A DNA stretch of 64,000 nt from Lingula anatina (taxonomy: Eukaryota; Animalia; Brachiopoda). Positions 23,101 to 36,600 of this stretch are shown one piece after another (position 1 is the first letter of the stretch; each line of letters starts with the position of its first letter). A model generated the notes under the pieces. That model worked only from the letters and a program-made list of their open reading frames with translations. It was not told the origin of the DNA and did no database searches. The stretch spans positions 8,494,001 through 8,558,000 of the forward strand of contig CM120645.1 in NCBI GenBank assembly GCA_051362555.1, given 5' to 3'. A program made the translations under genes and the position numbers.

Positions 23101-26100
23101 GATTGCTCAACACACTTTCATTGTAGCAATACAGTTGATCCCTGAGTCCAGCCCTCTTGTTTGGTCAGCTTGGGGACCTTGGTCGGACTGTGACAACCAG
23201 TGCGGACAAGGGATAAGGCACCGGACAAGGGACTGCGTGGTCGCCTGTTTTAATGGGCTGAGGGAGGAGATTGAGATATGCGAGGACAACTCCTCGTGTC
23301 CAGGTAATGTACAGGGGCCAAAGAAAATCTGCGTCATTTGTTCGGGGTAATATCTGGTATTGAAAATTAGCCGACTAAGTTGCGTTTTACAAGTAATTTG
23401 AAGTTTTGTTTGTGTTATTTTCCCTGTGAACCAAGCTTTGACCAAATTGTTTATCTTAAAGAATGTTTCAACTCATGCTGATGACCTTGAAGGTACATGT
23501 ACTACAATATCAAAAACATTTATTATGGGGTTATAATTCTTAAAGATCTTATGCATAAATCACAGAGCTAATTTTGCATTGTCGGCTATTCGATTAAAGC
23601 AGTCTAAGCTTAGACCATGAATCTTGACTCTTTGTGACACTGGGTCTAGACACTTGGAATCTTCACACTGATTGCTTGAGAATTTAATTAGATAACAGGT
23701 CTAAATCGCTTCTGCCTAAGTCATGTCTGGAGGTACAATTAAAGTGGAAATCAAACATGGAATTATTAATAATTAACTCTCCACGTCTGTGAGATCTAAT
23801 GACAAATTCCATTTTGAACTTCACAATCTTAAAGATCAATAATTACCTTGTATACAGAAAAGCTTAAAACGATTTTTGACAGACAAATCAGAGAATGCAG
23901 TAAATTGTTTGCGAACGCATTACTATAGCGAATACAGGCGACAGAACCTGCACGTCGATATCCCTCGTTCCACTTCAAGCAATTAAATGGAAATTTGATA
24001 ATTGTGCCTGAAACACAGCATAATGCGTCCGTTTTTTCCCTTTACATCAGCAGGCGGCTTACACAAGAGATTTGCAAGCGTTAAAACATTTCTCCCAACG
24101 TTTGACGTTTGTAAACAAATACTCTTAAGTTTTGATGTTTGCATATGCCTATTGGCTCTTTACAAGCGTCCAATGTGCATTAAGCCTTTACGTAGCAACA
24201 GAATGACATATTTTGTAAATTTTAGCGGTTTTCCTCAAATACCAAAGTCTGCCCCATCTAAATATGTTGAGGAAATTAGAAAGTAACCCTTTTTTGAGAT
24301 CTAAGTTTCTGTTTTTAACCTTTCCCTTGAAACCCTCCCACCTCCAGCACAACAGGTAGTCAAACATAAGAAACTGAGATACCCATATGAATTTATAAAT
24401 TGTAATTTTGCCAAAGGTTTTAAATGTTGCGCACCTTGGAGATAAATAAAAAACGGTGGAATTAATTTCTTTGCTATTGAGAAGCCTTTTGACTGTAAAC
24501 ATTAGCGCGGAAGTAGACTGTCGGGCGATTCCCTCAAAAACCAATGTTTACCCCGGAGGACTTTTATCGAGGTAAATAAACAATACCATCTGAGATGTAA
24601 CAAATGCTTTGACTCATAAACGTTAGTGAATGCTTAAATCGAAATGGATATTCTAAACCCACTATCATTATGTTCTATAGTCAGTTACATTAAACATATT
24701 GCTACCTTGTTTTACACTGTCTACTCCTAACAGAACGAAATAATGCCTCCACACTGACAGTATGTTAATTCATAAGTTTTGAAAAGAAAGTTGGCTATGA
24801 GTAAGACAGTAGGCCAACAGTAGGCCTATTGAGGTTTTCTGAAAATAAAAAAATTATTAAGAAAAGTGAACCGAAAAAAAAAAAAAAAACACCAATTAAA
24901 AGATGTCCCACCAGACGCAGTGCTTTTGTCATGGATACACGAAAATAAGAAACATACACTGCACTTAAATCGTCTCTTACTGTGTTAAGACATCTCTTGG
25001 TAGACAACGACAAGTGGTTTTTCACTCAAGTAGGCCTACACCAAGCATGTATGTTTACAGTCAAGTTTTCCTCTTGGGACTAGTCTATTTCATGCATAAT
25101 AGATGTAGATATGATACATGCCAACAGAATTATACGCTGGCCAATAAGTCATTTTTGCTTTGCCACTTATGCTTCTATTAATCTGATCAACCAAAAGTTT
25201 CAGAAGTGATGGTTTGATACATCATTTCCGGTTCGCTGCCTGGGAAATTGTAGGCCTAATGTTTGGAATTAACGTCACAACACCGAGCGTATATAACCTG
25301 AATGTAAAATGATTATTTATGCTTCATGTTTGATGCAGTTAGGAAATAGACAAGACTCTTCGTGTGTATTTTGAAACACATTGTGTTTAGGTGGGTTTCA
25401 GTTGAACGAGTAGGAACTGTAAACTCACGCAAATGCTTGACCTCTCGCGTGATCTCATTCAAGGAGGTCAAACCGTCGTCATGGATACCTCTCTGCGCGT
25501 GTGACTGACTTCCTTACTTGGGAGATTGAAGGAAATGAAATAAACAGCCGTGGCTGTCAAAGCCTTTTTCATGGATGGGGAATTTTCAAATGCATATGGT
25601 ACACAAGAATAGGTCTACCTGTACCACTTACATGCTCTTAAAGTTGAAAGTGTGGCCGCAATTTTTATATTTCATGCAAAATATTCATTACAATTGTTAC
25701 GTAAAAGAATTATGTGACCAATAAATGAAATTGTCTTCAAACATCTAAACCATTAACTCAACGGAGAATTTTAAACTAGAAAGCTTAGTTTATACAAATA
25801 TTGCAGAACAGCATTGAAGCTTTTCATTCTGTTCGTTTACAATCGTGTTTGCAATGATGCTTTCTCTACGTGATGCTTTCTCTACGTGTAGGCCTACCCT
25901 TTTTATGTGAACATTAACAGTGCAGTGTGCATTTGCTGGAGTGTAAACGTACGTGTGTTCTTGGTTCTTATGTTGGGCAAATTACGACCAGTTTAGTCGT
26001 TCTATCTCATGTGTGAATCAGCATACCTGTACAAACGGGATGGTTTTGGTTGTCGCTATTACGGTTAACAAATATTCTCTCTTCGAAATCAGAGCCTCTG

Positions 26101-29100
26101 TATGCTGTAAATAAACATCAGTATCTTAGAATCGATCGGTGTCCTGTAGTCCAGTGTCAACGCACCTGCTGTTGGTGTTACCAGGACAAGCATGATTGAC
26201 ACGAATTTGTCAATAGAGAGTGGGAGAAGTGGCGCTTTTGTTCCACTCCATATGATATGAACATCTTTGCAGGGTGTTTATTCATCGAATATTCATCTGT
26301 TATAAAAGTAGCATCCGGCCCTCGGGCCGCCTTTTTCGTAAAGGGAATGTAAATTGTTATTATTATGATAATGAAATAGAATCATTGCTTTGTTAAGATG
26401 ACCAAGTACATTAATACAAATTTCGAAATGAGGTAGCAGGTCTGCTTTAAATTACTCAGTCTAGGTGGAGGAAGAAACGCACAATGTAATAATACGTTAA
26501 TCTCCAATTCACATCATTATTTTATACCCTTTTTCTGTAAAGGGAACGACAAATGCTTTTTAGTCGGAAACACACAAAAGAAAATTGTCAATGCGTTGAA
26601 ATATAACCCAACGGCACCTTTTGTTCTGCTAAAAGGTTTCCAATTATGAAAAGTTATATATTTTTTTAAACCACTTATTACAGAAGGTTCCACATATCAT
26701 TTTTCATCGATCGAAGCATATATACCCAAACCATGCGATACTCAATCGTACTTCATGCAACAATTGTTTACAAAACATGCTTCACGGTGGGGATAGTAGT
26801 AGTATTTATTTCCTGCAACTAAAACATTTTAAATGTATATGGCAATAAAAGTCTTTTGATATATGAGACAGCAAGAAAGATATAATAAATTACAGGTAAG
26901 GTACATATACACACACTGGACAATAGAAATGTCACCCCTACTGATCATGAACCAATACTTTGGGGGAGATAAATGACTGTGGAATGATATGCTCCTGGTA
27001 TCATTTTATTAACATCAAATTTCACAAAAAGACCAACAATTCAATTCTATGGTACAGCTGTTTTATACTCATTAGTCACATTATAAGTAGACCAGGCATC
27101 ATAACTACTCAAGATCTACCTACTTTGATTACTCTGATTCAGGGGGTGACACTTCTATTGTCCATTGAGTGTACATGTACATATATAGAAGCTACTATAG
27201 AAATTGGAGGTAAAAATAACTTACTGGTACAGGTAGCTATCTAAAATGAATTGAAGCTGGAACAGAAAACACCAAGTCTTCAGAAGTACGCTGCCTGCAT
27301 GGCCATACAGTTTCAGTGATTTCTTTCAGATACCTTTCACTAAGCGTTAGAAATATCTTAATTTAAATTCATTGGCGCCAATACAGGCATCTAAGCAATA
27401 CACAATACCCTAGACACCATTAACAGATTACATTTTACAATACCAACATTGTGTTGTGCTATTCACTGCAGCTACTGAATCAAACAAACAAGCTTCAAAA
27501 ACTCATACAATCTCAAGTCTGGATAAAAAGCATGATGTCGGCAGCGGTATGCTCTATTGGATGCAGTCTTCACAAGACTCGCATTGGGCGTTATGAATGT
27601 CGGCCATGAAAAGAACTACAAAAGTAGGTATTGCAATATTTAAAGCATCCACACCTACAGATTGTGATGAAGCGCCATGTTATCATATCAAAACAGAGGT
27701 ATTTGCTCATGTGACAGGATTAATTGACTAAAACGTTTTGTTCTTTGTTGCGGAAAACGTTAATGGGATATGCAACACTAACAGAGCGTCTTCAATAAAT
27801 ATGGAATAGTTTTTTTTTCATTTTATAATGATGGTACTTTGTACGTGAACCAACAAAGCATAGGGTTTGGCAGTGTTGTAAAGTTGCCACGGATACTGCC
27901 ACGGACTCGCTGCCAGAGCGTCTAATTATGACTAAGTTATACTTCTCTGCCCACAAAACATGATATGTTTGCTTTAACGTCCATTTAATTATTCCTTTAA
28001 ATGACTAGCCTCGCAGCTGGTATTTCTCACGCCTACGCGCACACGAAGCGCGCACGTGCGTATCGTTTAATTGCCGTTTATTTGTAGTCTCGCAAAAGGT
28101 GACACAACAACCCCCCTTTTTTTAGTTTGAGATACTTAAGATGACATAAACACAAGATACGAGGAGGGAGATCTATATTCTGAGTGACCACTTTGCAAAT
28201 TAAGCAATGAATATAATATACTACATATACATGTGTTATTTTAGAAATAATATGTGGGGTTTCAAATCTGCAGATCAAAATATTCAAACATGGTACAGGT
28301 TTCAGTGGCAGTAGACATTTTAAAAATCTTTTCCGCACGACCAAAATATGACAATATCATTCTACCTGATCCATGGTCAAGGGTGTATATTCATCGGATA
28401 TTCACGTAATTTGCACAACAATATGTCATCTCCCAGTCAGCCTCTGTAATAAAATAACATCCCTCCGAGCCGCCCTTTTGGTAGTGAGAAGTGCGTAACA
28501 CTATGCAAAACCGTTTGTGATGTATGCCAACGGCTAAAATAATGAATTATAAATAAGTTTCCTCAACCTTTGCTTCCATAGTAAACTCCAATGGAATTAA
28601 ATGCATTTTCAACCTCATAAAAAGACAAAAAGAAAAGAGATATTACAAAGGCATAAAAGTAGTTTATGGATTTCCTAACAAACGTTTGACGTTGCGTTGC
28701 CAGCCCAGTGCACAATTACTTTCAGACCTCTTCTTACTTTTTCTCCAATCTGTGTAATTCCCAAACTAATCAGTTCTACGACACAATAGCCCTGTAAAAT
28801 ATAAATCACTTACATTTTCATTGGGTGTCCGATTAACACAATTTTGTTTGCTAAAACTCCTATATATCTGTTAAAAATTTTCAGTCGAAGTGCAGGGATT
28901 AAATGGAAAAGCAATTGAAACTAACAAATATGTACTTTTGTTGAATATTTAAAATGGCTTTGACATTTTTTTCTGATGTTATATATTTTAAGAAATGCAT
29001 CACTATTTTGGCGTTAATTTTCTTTTACTTAGGTGGATATTTGTTAAATATATATATTCTTTATGCAGATGATAAAATTTCTAGGATATTTTAAAGGCCA

Positions 29101-32100
29101 CAAAATCAGACGTGGCAATTGGATCATCTTATTATCATCGTCAAAAAGGACCAGATAATATATGATCAAATAATTTAACGCTCTTGCAGCGTTTTGTAAA
29201 ATGGGTTATCTCAATCGCTGTATGGCGCACTGGTCTTTTTGCAAGGTTCCAGATTTTCAACTAGATTGAGACGAATCTGCAGCTCAATGTAACCCTATTC
29301 TCTAAAACAGCTTCCCGCCTTTGAAATCACCCTTGCGGGACGAACTTGAATAGCACAAAATAACCGGAAACCAACCTGATTGGTTTGTAACGGTAGGCAA
29401 TGTGGCATAATGCTACCAGGAAGGGAATTTTCCTTTGTTTAAATAAGTGGCTTTAGCCAAATAAGGGATGAGCAAGAATTGGTATGAATTGGCCAACTGT
29501 GACGCTTCAGCGACAGCCTAACACTAATTGACTTTAATTGACGATTGCATATTATCACGGAAATTAGATCAACTAAATCAACATAACATATCTCGCGCGT
29601 GATCAGTCGTATTCAGTGCGTGTCCGAAATAATTCAGTTATCAAATGGAGAGTTTCAAAAGAGAAGCAATACAATAGAGCCTGAACGTTTTCACTCCTTT
29701 GGGACTTCGTGGAAACCGCTTCATTTGTCGTTATTCGTTCCGCCAACTGTCGCACCATCTTTTCCGTAGGCAAGTAAACGCCGCGATGCAACTAGTACTG
29801 TAAATGAGTATTTTCACAACAAACTATACGTAAAAAACATGGTGGGGCTAGAGGGGGGATACCCAAAAGCTTACCATTTTCCAAACTAAAATCATTCTCC
29901 CCCAAAATGTGAGATTTTCAAGAAAATCACCTTGGGACAAGATACACAAGAGTAATGTTTCTAATATGCTACATGAAATAGGACAAAAGAGATATGTACG
30001 GACATCCCCACTTTTCACAAAATCAAAATTTGGGGGAGTAACTGCTAATAAATCATTAATTCAGATTGCGGGGTGACAGTGAGGTGAACTGTTTGCCTTC
30101 TTCCACTCGCTTTTCATAATAATGGATCCGCGCCATTTAATTGGCGTGATATTTCGAAACGTTAAGCCCTTTTTTTTTCAAACCTAGAAAATGTCAATTT
30201 AGAACTTGTCCAGATGCAAAAGAAAAGCACTCTTCACACGCCCCATAATAAGTGCACAAATATAGAGACGGAGTGAACAACGATGCAAACATTGATCTGT
30301 AATGGCAATCGCATCTTGCAATTACTGACACTTTTTATTGACACACGCACGGGTTGCAAAACTAATGGTAGGGTGTATTTGTTTCAGTTGCTTTTTGTGT
30401 GGAAGGAACAATATAGTCGTTTGGTATCCTAATTCATGAGAGTCGACGAAAATTAAGGTCTATGTATATGTGATTAACAACGGAAGTAAGCAAGGAACGC
30501 CCGTGACAGATTGTGGTAGTTTTGACAATACAAGGACGGGTCGATTTATGGCCCCGTTGCTATGGAGAACCGTACAAGCGTCATTTGACATACCGAAAGA
30601 ATCTGAAATATACACAACTCTTTTACCACTCTGCTGTTATCATATTTAGACGCGCACACAACGAGTAGCGAGCTAAAGCGAGAAGCTAAAGTGTGTCTTT
30701 TATGCTTCCCTAGATTAGCATTTGTTTAGATCAGAGAAAACGAGGAAAGGTGTTTGGATAGGCTGACAGTTAACAATTCCTTAATGAAAAATACCCAAAA
30801 ATGGAAAATAGATGTGTTTTAACACGGCACCTATTAGACCAAGAAGTAAAGAGAGTTGGTAAATCATAAACATATGTGAAATAAGGAGCAAAGCTGACGA
30901 ATGGTAGACAAAGATCCAGTACACATACATGTAATAACACAGCTCTGTAGAAACCACTCCAACAACACAAAAACCTGGATATAACCTGAAACCCATGCCA
31001 CACAACCCAATCACAAAGTGTCACCCTCTATGCATTTTCCCTCATTTTCCTGCCCACTTATCATTGCTGGAGCCACCCCTCCACTTGGACTTAATGTTTT
31101 ATTAATTTTTACTTTAATGATGTCGTTCTAAATGACTGGACAGTCAAACGAGAAAACGCTTTGCATTCAACATAAATAATATAATCCGTAACCAGTTATT
31201 TGCACTGTCATGGTAGGTGCTTAGTTTAAGATTGAGTGTTTAAAACCATTGACTTATTATTGGATAATGAACAGTTTGCTAGTCTATAATGCACACTGTC
31301 GCCATCCGGTAAATAAGCCGCAATTAATTTATCTATATTCGCATCTTGGACATTCATTACGACGAACATACAATACTATCACCTCGGCCTCAAATTTCAA
31401 TGGCTTTTGACGTGGGATCAGACTAGTATAGATATGTACATGTATACGGTCAATATCTTTACAAATTTATGCCATTTCGATACATGCCATACAGTAATGA
31501 CACCTCTAAACGTTGGCATTTTGAATTATAAATGTCCTTCACCCGTTCAGAGTTAAATTGGAAAGTGGTCTCTGTTCTCAGCATACTGTCATTTGCAGTA
31601 AACTCTGATATTCTAGGTAATGGGCAATACAGGACAAGCAGACCACTTACATATAAACCGGTTTTAGAGCTCTCTTGGTTTTTCATATTTACCGTTAAAA
31701 TTCAGTAATCCCCATCTCCATTATGAAAATGGCTTAAAATGACAAATTTCTCAAGAACATTGCCGTAAATCTGTAGGTTTTGTGATCTGTTGTAAATCTA
31801 CCTGGGTAACTGGAGGAAAAACGTTGAGATAAACAGTAAAATAAAAAAATTGCATAATGCAGGTATTGTACTCGGTGTTACTTCTTTGTGTTACTGGTAC
31901 TTTAAAAACTAAAACTTGTTTAACAACGCTGTGCATGGTTTCAGTACAAGGAGGCTGGTCCTCGTGGAGCACGTGGTCGCCATGCACGAATTTGTGTGGC
32001 AGTGGCACTCAAACCAGGACACGTGCCTGTGACTCGCCGGCGCCAGTTCAAAGTCCAGATTGTCCCGGCGATGCCAGCCAAACCATTGGCTGTAACACAC

Positions 32101-32246
32101 AATCTTGCGTAGGTCCTAGCGTTGGTATGTACTCTGATATATATATATATCTTTGCCACCCTTTCATGCACACTCTAACTTTCAGGTTCCATGCATATTA
32201 ATTACATGGAGGTGGATTTCAATTAACACACACACACAAGTTTATC

Positions 32247-32312
<66 letters not shown>

Positions 32313-33639
32313 CATAGGTTAATCAAATTCATCTCTATATAATCGATATTGAAACTGAAAGTTATATTGTGAATGAGGAGGGGGGGCAACGATAAGAGAG
32401 TTTACCTTGTTTAGCACGCTCTTAAAAGAAGTTTGCAGTAATCCTCTTGCCAGTTTGCAGCAAATTGGCAAGATGTGAAAATTCCTTATTTTGTTCTCCA
32501 TACACGGTATTTACATACAAAAACCAATTGAACCATGCATACAGGTCTTATTTTTTATTTATCGATTTATTTATCTTTAATTGGTTCTGATTAAACTCAA
32601 TATTTCAGGCTGTGAAGCTAATGGTTTAAGATATGCGGATAATTGCAATTACGTATACACCCACCCACCTTTAAGCTGGGATGATGCTAACAACAAATGC
32701 GTAGGCCAAGGTCAAAGCCTGCTAACTCTAGAAACAGAGGCAGAACAAAACTTTATCATTAGTAAACTGCAAGGTATGTCTTTTTCTCTTCAGCAAAATT
32801 AAATAATGGATTACACACATAGCACTGGATTATACAGCATTTGCTTGTTCGTTAAACCTCCTTGGTATTTTTTTATTTAAAGGCATGCTACTGCTATACT
32901 GTCGAATAAGAGAAAGAAGGCACACGCGGCGCAGCAAGCCTGCAAGAGACCTTTAAATACGGACTTTTCAAAAACATTACATCTCAATTTTACAGCTTTG
33001 CCGCTGTCCTCGATGTGGCTCGGAGGAAGGAATGATCGAGGAATGGATGATTACAGATGGACCGATAATCTCCTGCTCGTTGGGAGCTCATGGTCGTTTT
33101 GGAAAACAGTGTTGCCAAAACCTATTGGCAATCAAATGTATGCAGACATCACTGACAATGGCAGATGGAGTGTGAACGATACCGAGACGCATCCGTATGC
33201 GTGTACCAAAAAATTAGGTATGTTAAAATACGTGGGTGTTTTTGTGTGTGCGTGTAAAGGCGTGGCTAGACCTATGTGTGGGGGAATTATCAAAATAACG
33301 GGATACGGGGCTGGGCTCCTGAGGTGGTGTTTTGACAGCGCCCCTTGCTGCAGGAACAAAACGGATCAATTATACAGGTACATGCATATATAATTCCATA
33401 GGTTTCGCGCTATATGCGGTGTTCAGGTATCTTCATGTTGAGGATTCTAGTGAACAGATTGTTGTAAGAAAGAAACGAATTTAGTTCATGCGGAGAGCTC
33501 ATCTCAATCAAAAATGAAGTGGGGGTGGATTATTGTATTGCATATAAGCATTGCATTGGTAGAGGGTAGGGCTTTCCCTTCTACCTACTTCCCCCTACTT
33601 CATGCGGGTTTATAACTGACGTGGTTGAAAGTTGTACGT

Positions 33640-33676
<37 letters not shown>

Positions 33677-36600
33677 TACTCTACATATCTGCCACGTGTC
33701 ATTGTCCACATATTGTAGTCCCTTGCTACTTTCAGATTGTCCTTTAAACTATTTTCGCCATGGCCACGCTTGTTACCACATTGGACGAGGCGAACGTCAT
33801 TGGGGAGACGCCAAATCTGACTGTGAAACCATTCAAGGCGCAAACCTGCTTTATTTTGACAACACTAATGAAGTCAACTACATAAAAAACTTGATTGTAA
33901 CCAACAGACTTTCAGATCTCGGTGTGTAAAGTACAGGTTTCTTTTTTTCTTTCTTTCTTATATTCATTCATTCATGCTTGTTTCATTTTTTCCTTTCCTT
34001 TAAGCAAAATATTACTTAAGCGGCACGGACAGGGTTACCTGAATTTTACAAGTTCATAAACATATGAAAATTTATAATCTTCTTAATGGTGCTTAGCGCT
34101 AAAGTAGCAATTGCTTCTGAACTATTGGTAAATCTTACCGTAAAATTTTACATTTATTTTAAAAACATGTTTATTTTAAATTCGGGCAATTGCGGGTTTC
34201 TATGCACAAGGTACGGCATTATTTGTGATATAAACCCGTCACGCGCAATACAATTATACTCGCAATACTAAAAATGTTTCAACAGCACAAAATGCTGTGA
34301 AATGTATAGGTTACCCAGTACGAAACCTACATTTAGTACAAATAAACTACTTAACAGCTGCCAATCCGTTTTTCATTACAGCGTCAAGTCTCCTGAACAT
34401 TTCTTCCTTTAGTCTTTGGACGTCGGGAAATGATAACGCAAGTGAGGGCACGTGGGTTTGGAGTTTAGGTGACGTCAGTCGACCAATCAGCTTTGAGAAT
34501 TTTGCGCCTGGACAACCTAATGGCGGATCAGCCAGTAACTGTCTCTCATTGGACGCAGACGTGAACTACTCGTGGGTTGATTCTTCGTGCTCAGAGACTA
34601 AGATGTATATGTGTAAAATAAGGGGTTAGTATATTTTCCCCAGTGGCTACAATAAATAAATAAATAGATAATTAATTGATAATACAAATTTGATGTTATT
34701 TCGCTACAGAAAAATTTAAAATACGTGTATATGAAGAAGAAATTAAAATATTAGAAATTGGAAAATAAAAACGGGTTTGTGGAGTTTTATACATGTATAT
34801 AGTACTGTTTACCTTAGTGATGAATGGAAAAGTATTGGAGTTTCCGATACAGGAAAATAAAGTTTTTGCTGAATAAAGGTCTAACGCAATGCTTTCGATT
34901 TCAATATCAATTCACCAACTCGGATTTTTTTCTAGCCTCCGTCTGCGGTCCACCACCGAAAGTTGCCAATGCCATAAGAATACCTGATCGTCCAAACGCT
35001 TCCTATGTCAATAATACTTTACTCAAGTTCAGATGTTTTCCGGGCTACTATTTCATGGATAATTCCCAAGAAAAATCAATAACATGCCTCCACAATCTGG
35101 CATGGAGCGACTACCAGCCTGGAAACTGCACAGCAGCTTGTCCTGGACTCGACATCACTCGTGCAACACCGTCGCCATCTGTTGGTGGGCCATATCTCGC
35201 GGGAACTAGTTTGAATTTCACATGTGCTCTTGGTTATTTTTTCAAACAATATCTCAGCGTTTCAATTCAGATGCGGTGTATGGAAGATGGCATGTGGGAT
35301 ATTGGTGTAATTCCGGGAGAGTGTGAACCAATTACTTGTCAAGGACCACATACAATATATGCCTATTTAGAAGACACACTGTCCACTTTCCGCTCTCCAA
35401 CTGACCCCAACGCATTCAACTCGAGCTCAATAGTGCGTCTGAAATGCCGAGCCCGGTATCTGTTCCCAGATACCCTTACCGATTCCAAGTTAATATCGTG
35501 CCAAGAAGACGGCACGTGGAACATAAGCACATCTTTATTTGAGTGCGTGCTGACCTTCTGTGAGGAACCGCCGTGGATACCCAACGCCATCACAGTGTAC
35601 AATGACACAGAGCTGAACTACGGAATCAACGAGACGTATTTGCATCTCTATGCCCCAGGTGAAAGCGCGTTTTACTACTGCGAGGGAGGTTACCACTTTG
35701 ACCATTCTAATTTCTTAAACCATAGCGCTTTGTGTCAGAATGGCACGTGGACAACGCCCAATCATCATATCCTGTGCGCGGAAGACAGATGTGAGGACAC
35801 GCCGCTTTTACCCTACGCTAACATAACGTACATGTCCGCGTATCCGTCCCTACATGAGAACGTGTCTTCGTACGCGCTTAACACCGTGCTCGTGTACCGG
35901 TGCGAGGATGGGTTGTATTTCAAATCTAATTCGACCCTGTCGACGACGATAAATGTCACTTGTGACATAGGAGGGTATTGGAGGGTCACTGAAGAGATGG
36001 AGACGTGCATGCCAATCATGTGCCCTGAGCCTCCCCTTATAAATTTGAGCATGATGTACGTGACGGGCAACTCATCGTCCGTATACACTTGGAACACGAC
36101 TGTTGAATATATGTGTGCATCGGGATTCCATTTTGCATCAAATAGCCATTTGGCGTCCATCACCATTGTCTGTGATAAGAATGGAACCTGGAACACGGAT
36201 GTTCAAGACGCCTGTGTTGCTATGCAGTGCCCTCCTCCGCCGGTTGTATGGAATACAAGGACTGACGTCATTTCCGGTTATGGTGTCGTCATTCTTGCAA
36301 ACACCACGTTTTTGGCAAATGAAACATGGAGCTCTAATACCACTGACGATCATAACACCACATTCGGTGACATGACTTATTATGTCGATACTTCCGTTGT
36401 GTATAATTGTTTGCCAAACCATTATTTCTCAAATGAAACATTACAGCAGACGGCCATAATTATTTGTCTAGAAAACGGGACATGGACACCATTGTTAAAT
36501 CCAGAATATTGTCAAAAATTGTCACGAAACCATTCCAGAAATTCCTCAGAGTCAACGACTACTTCTTTCAATTTAACGACTGTGAATCCCTCAAATATGT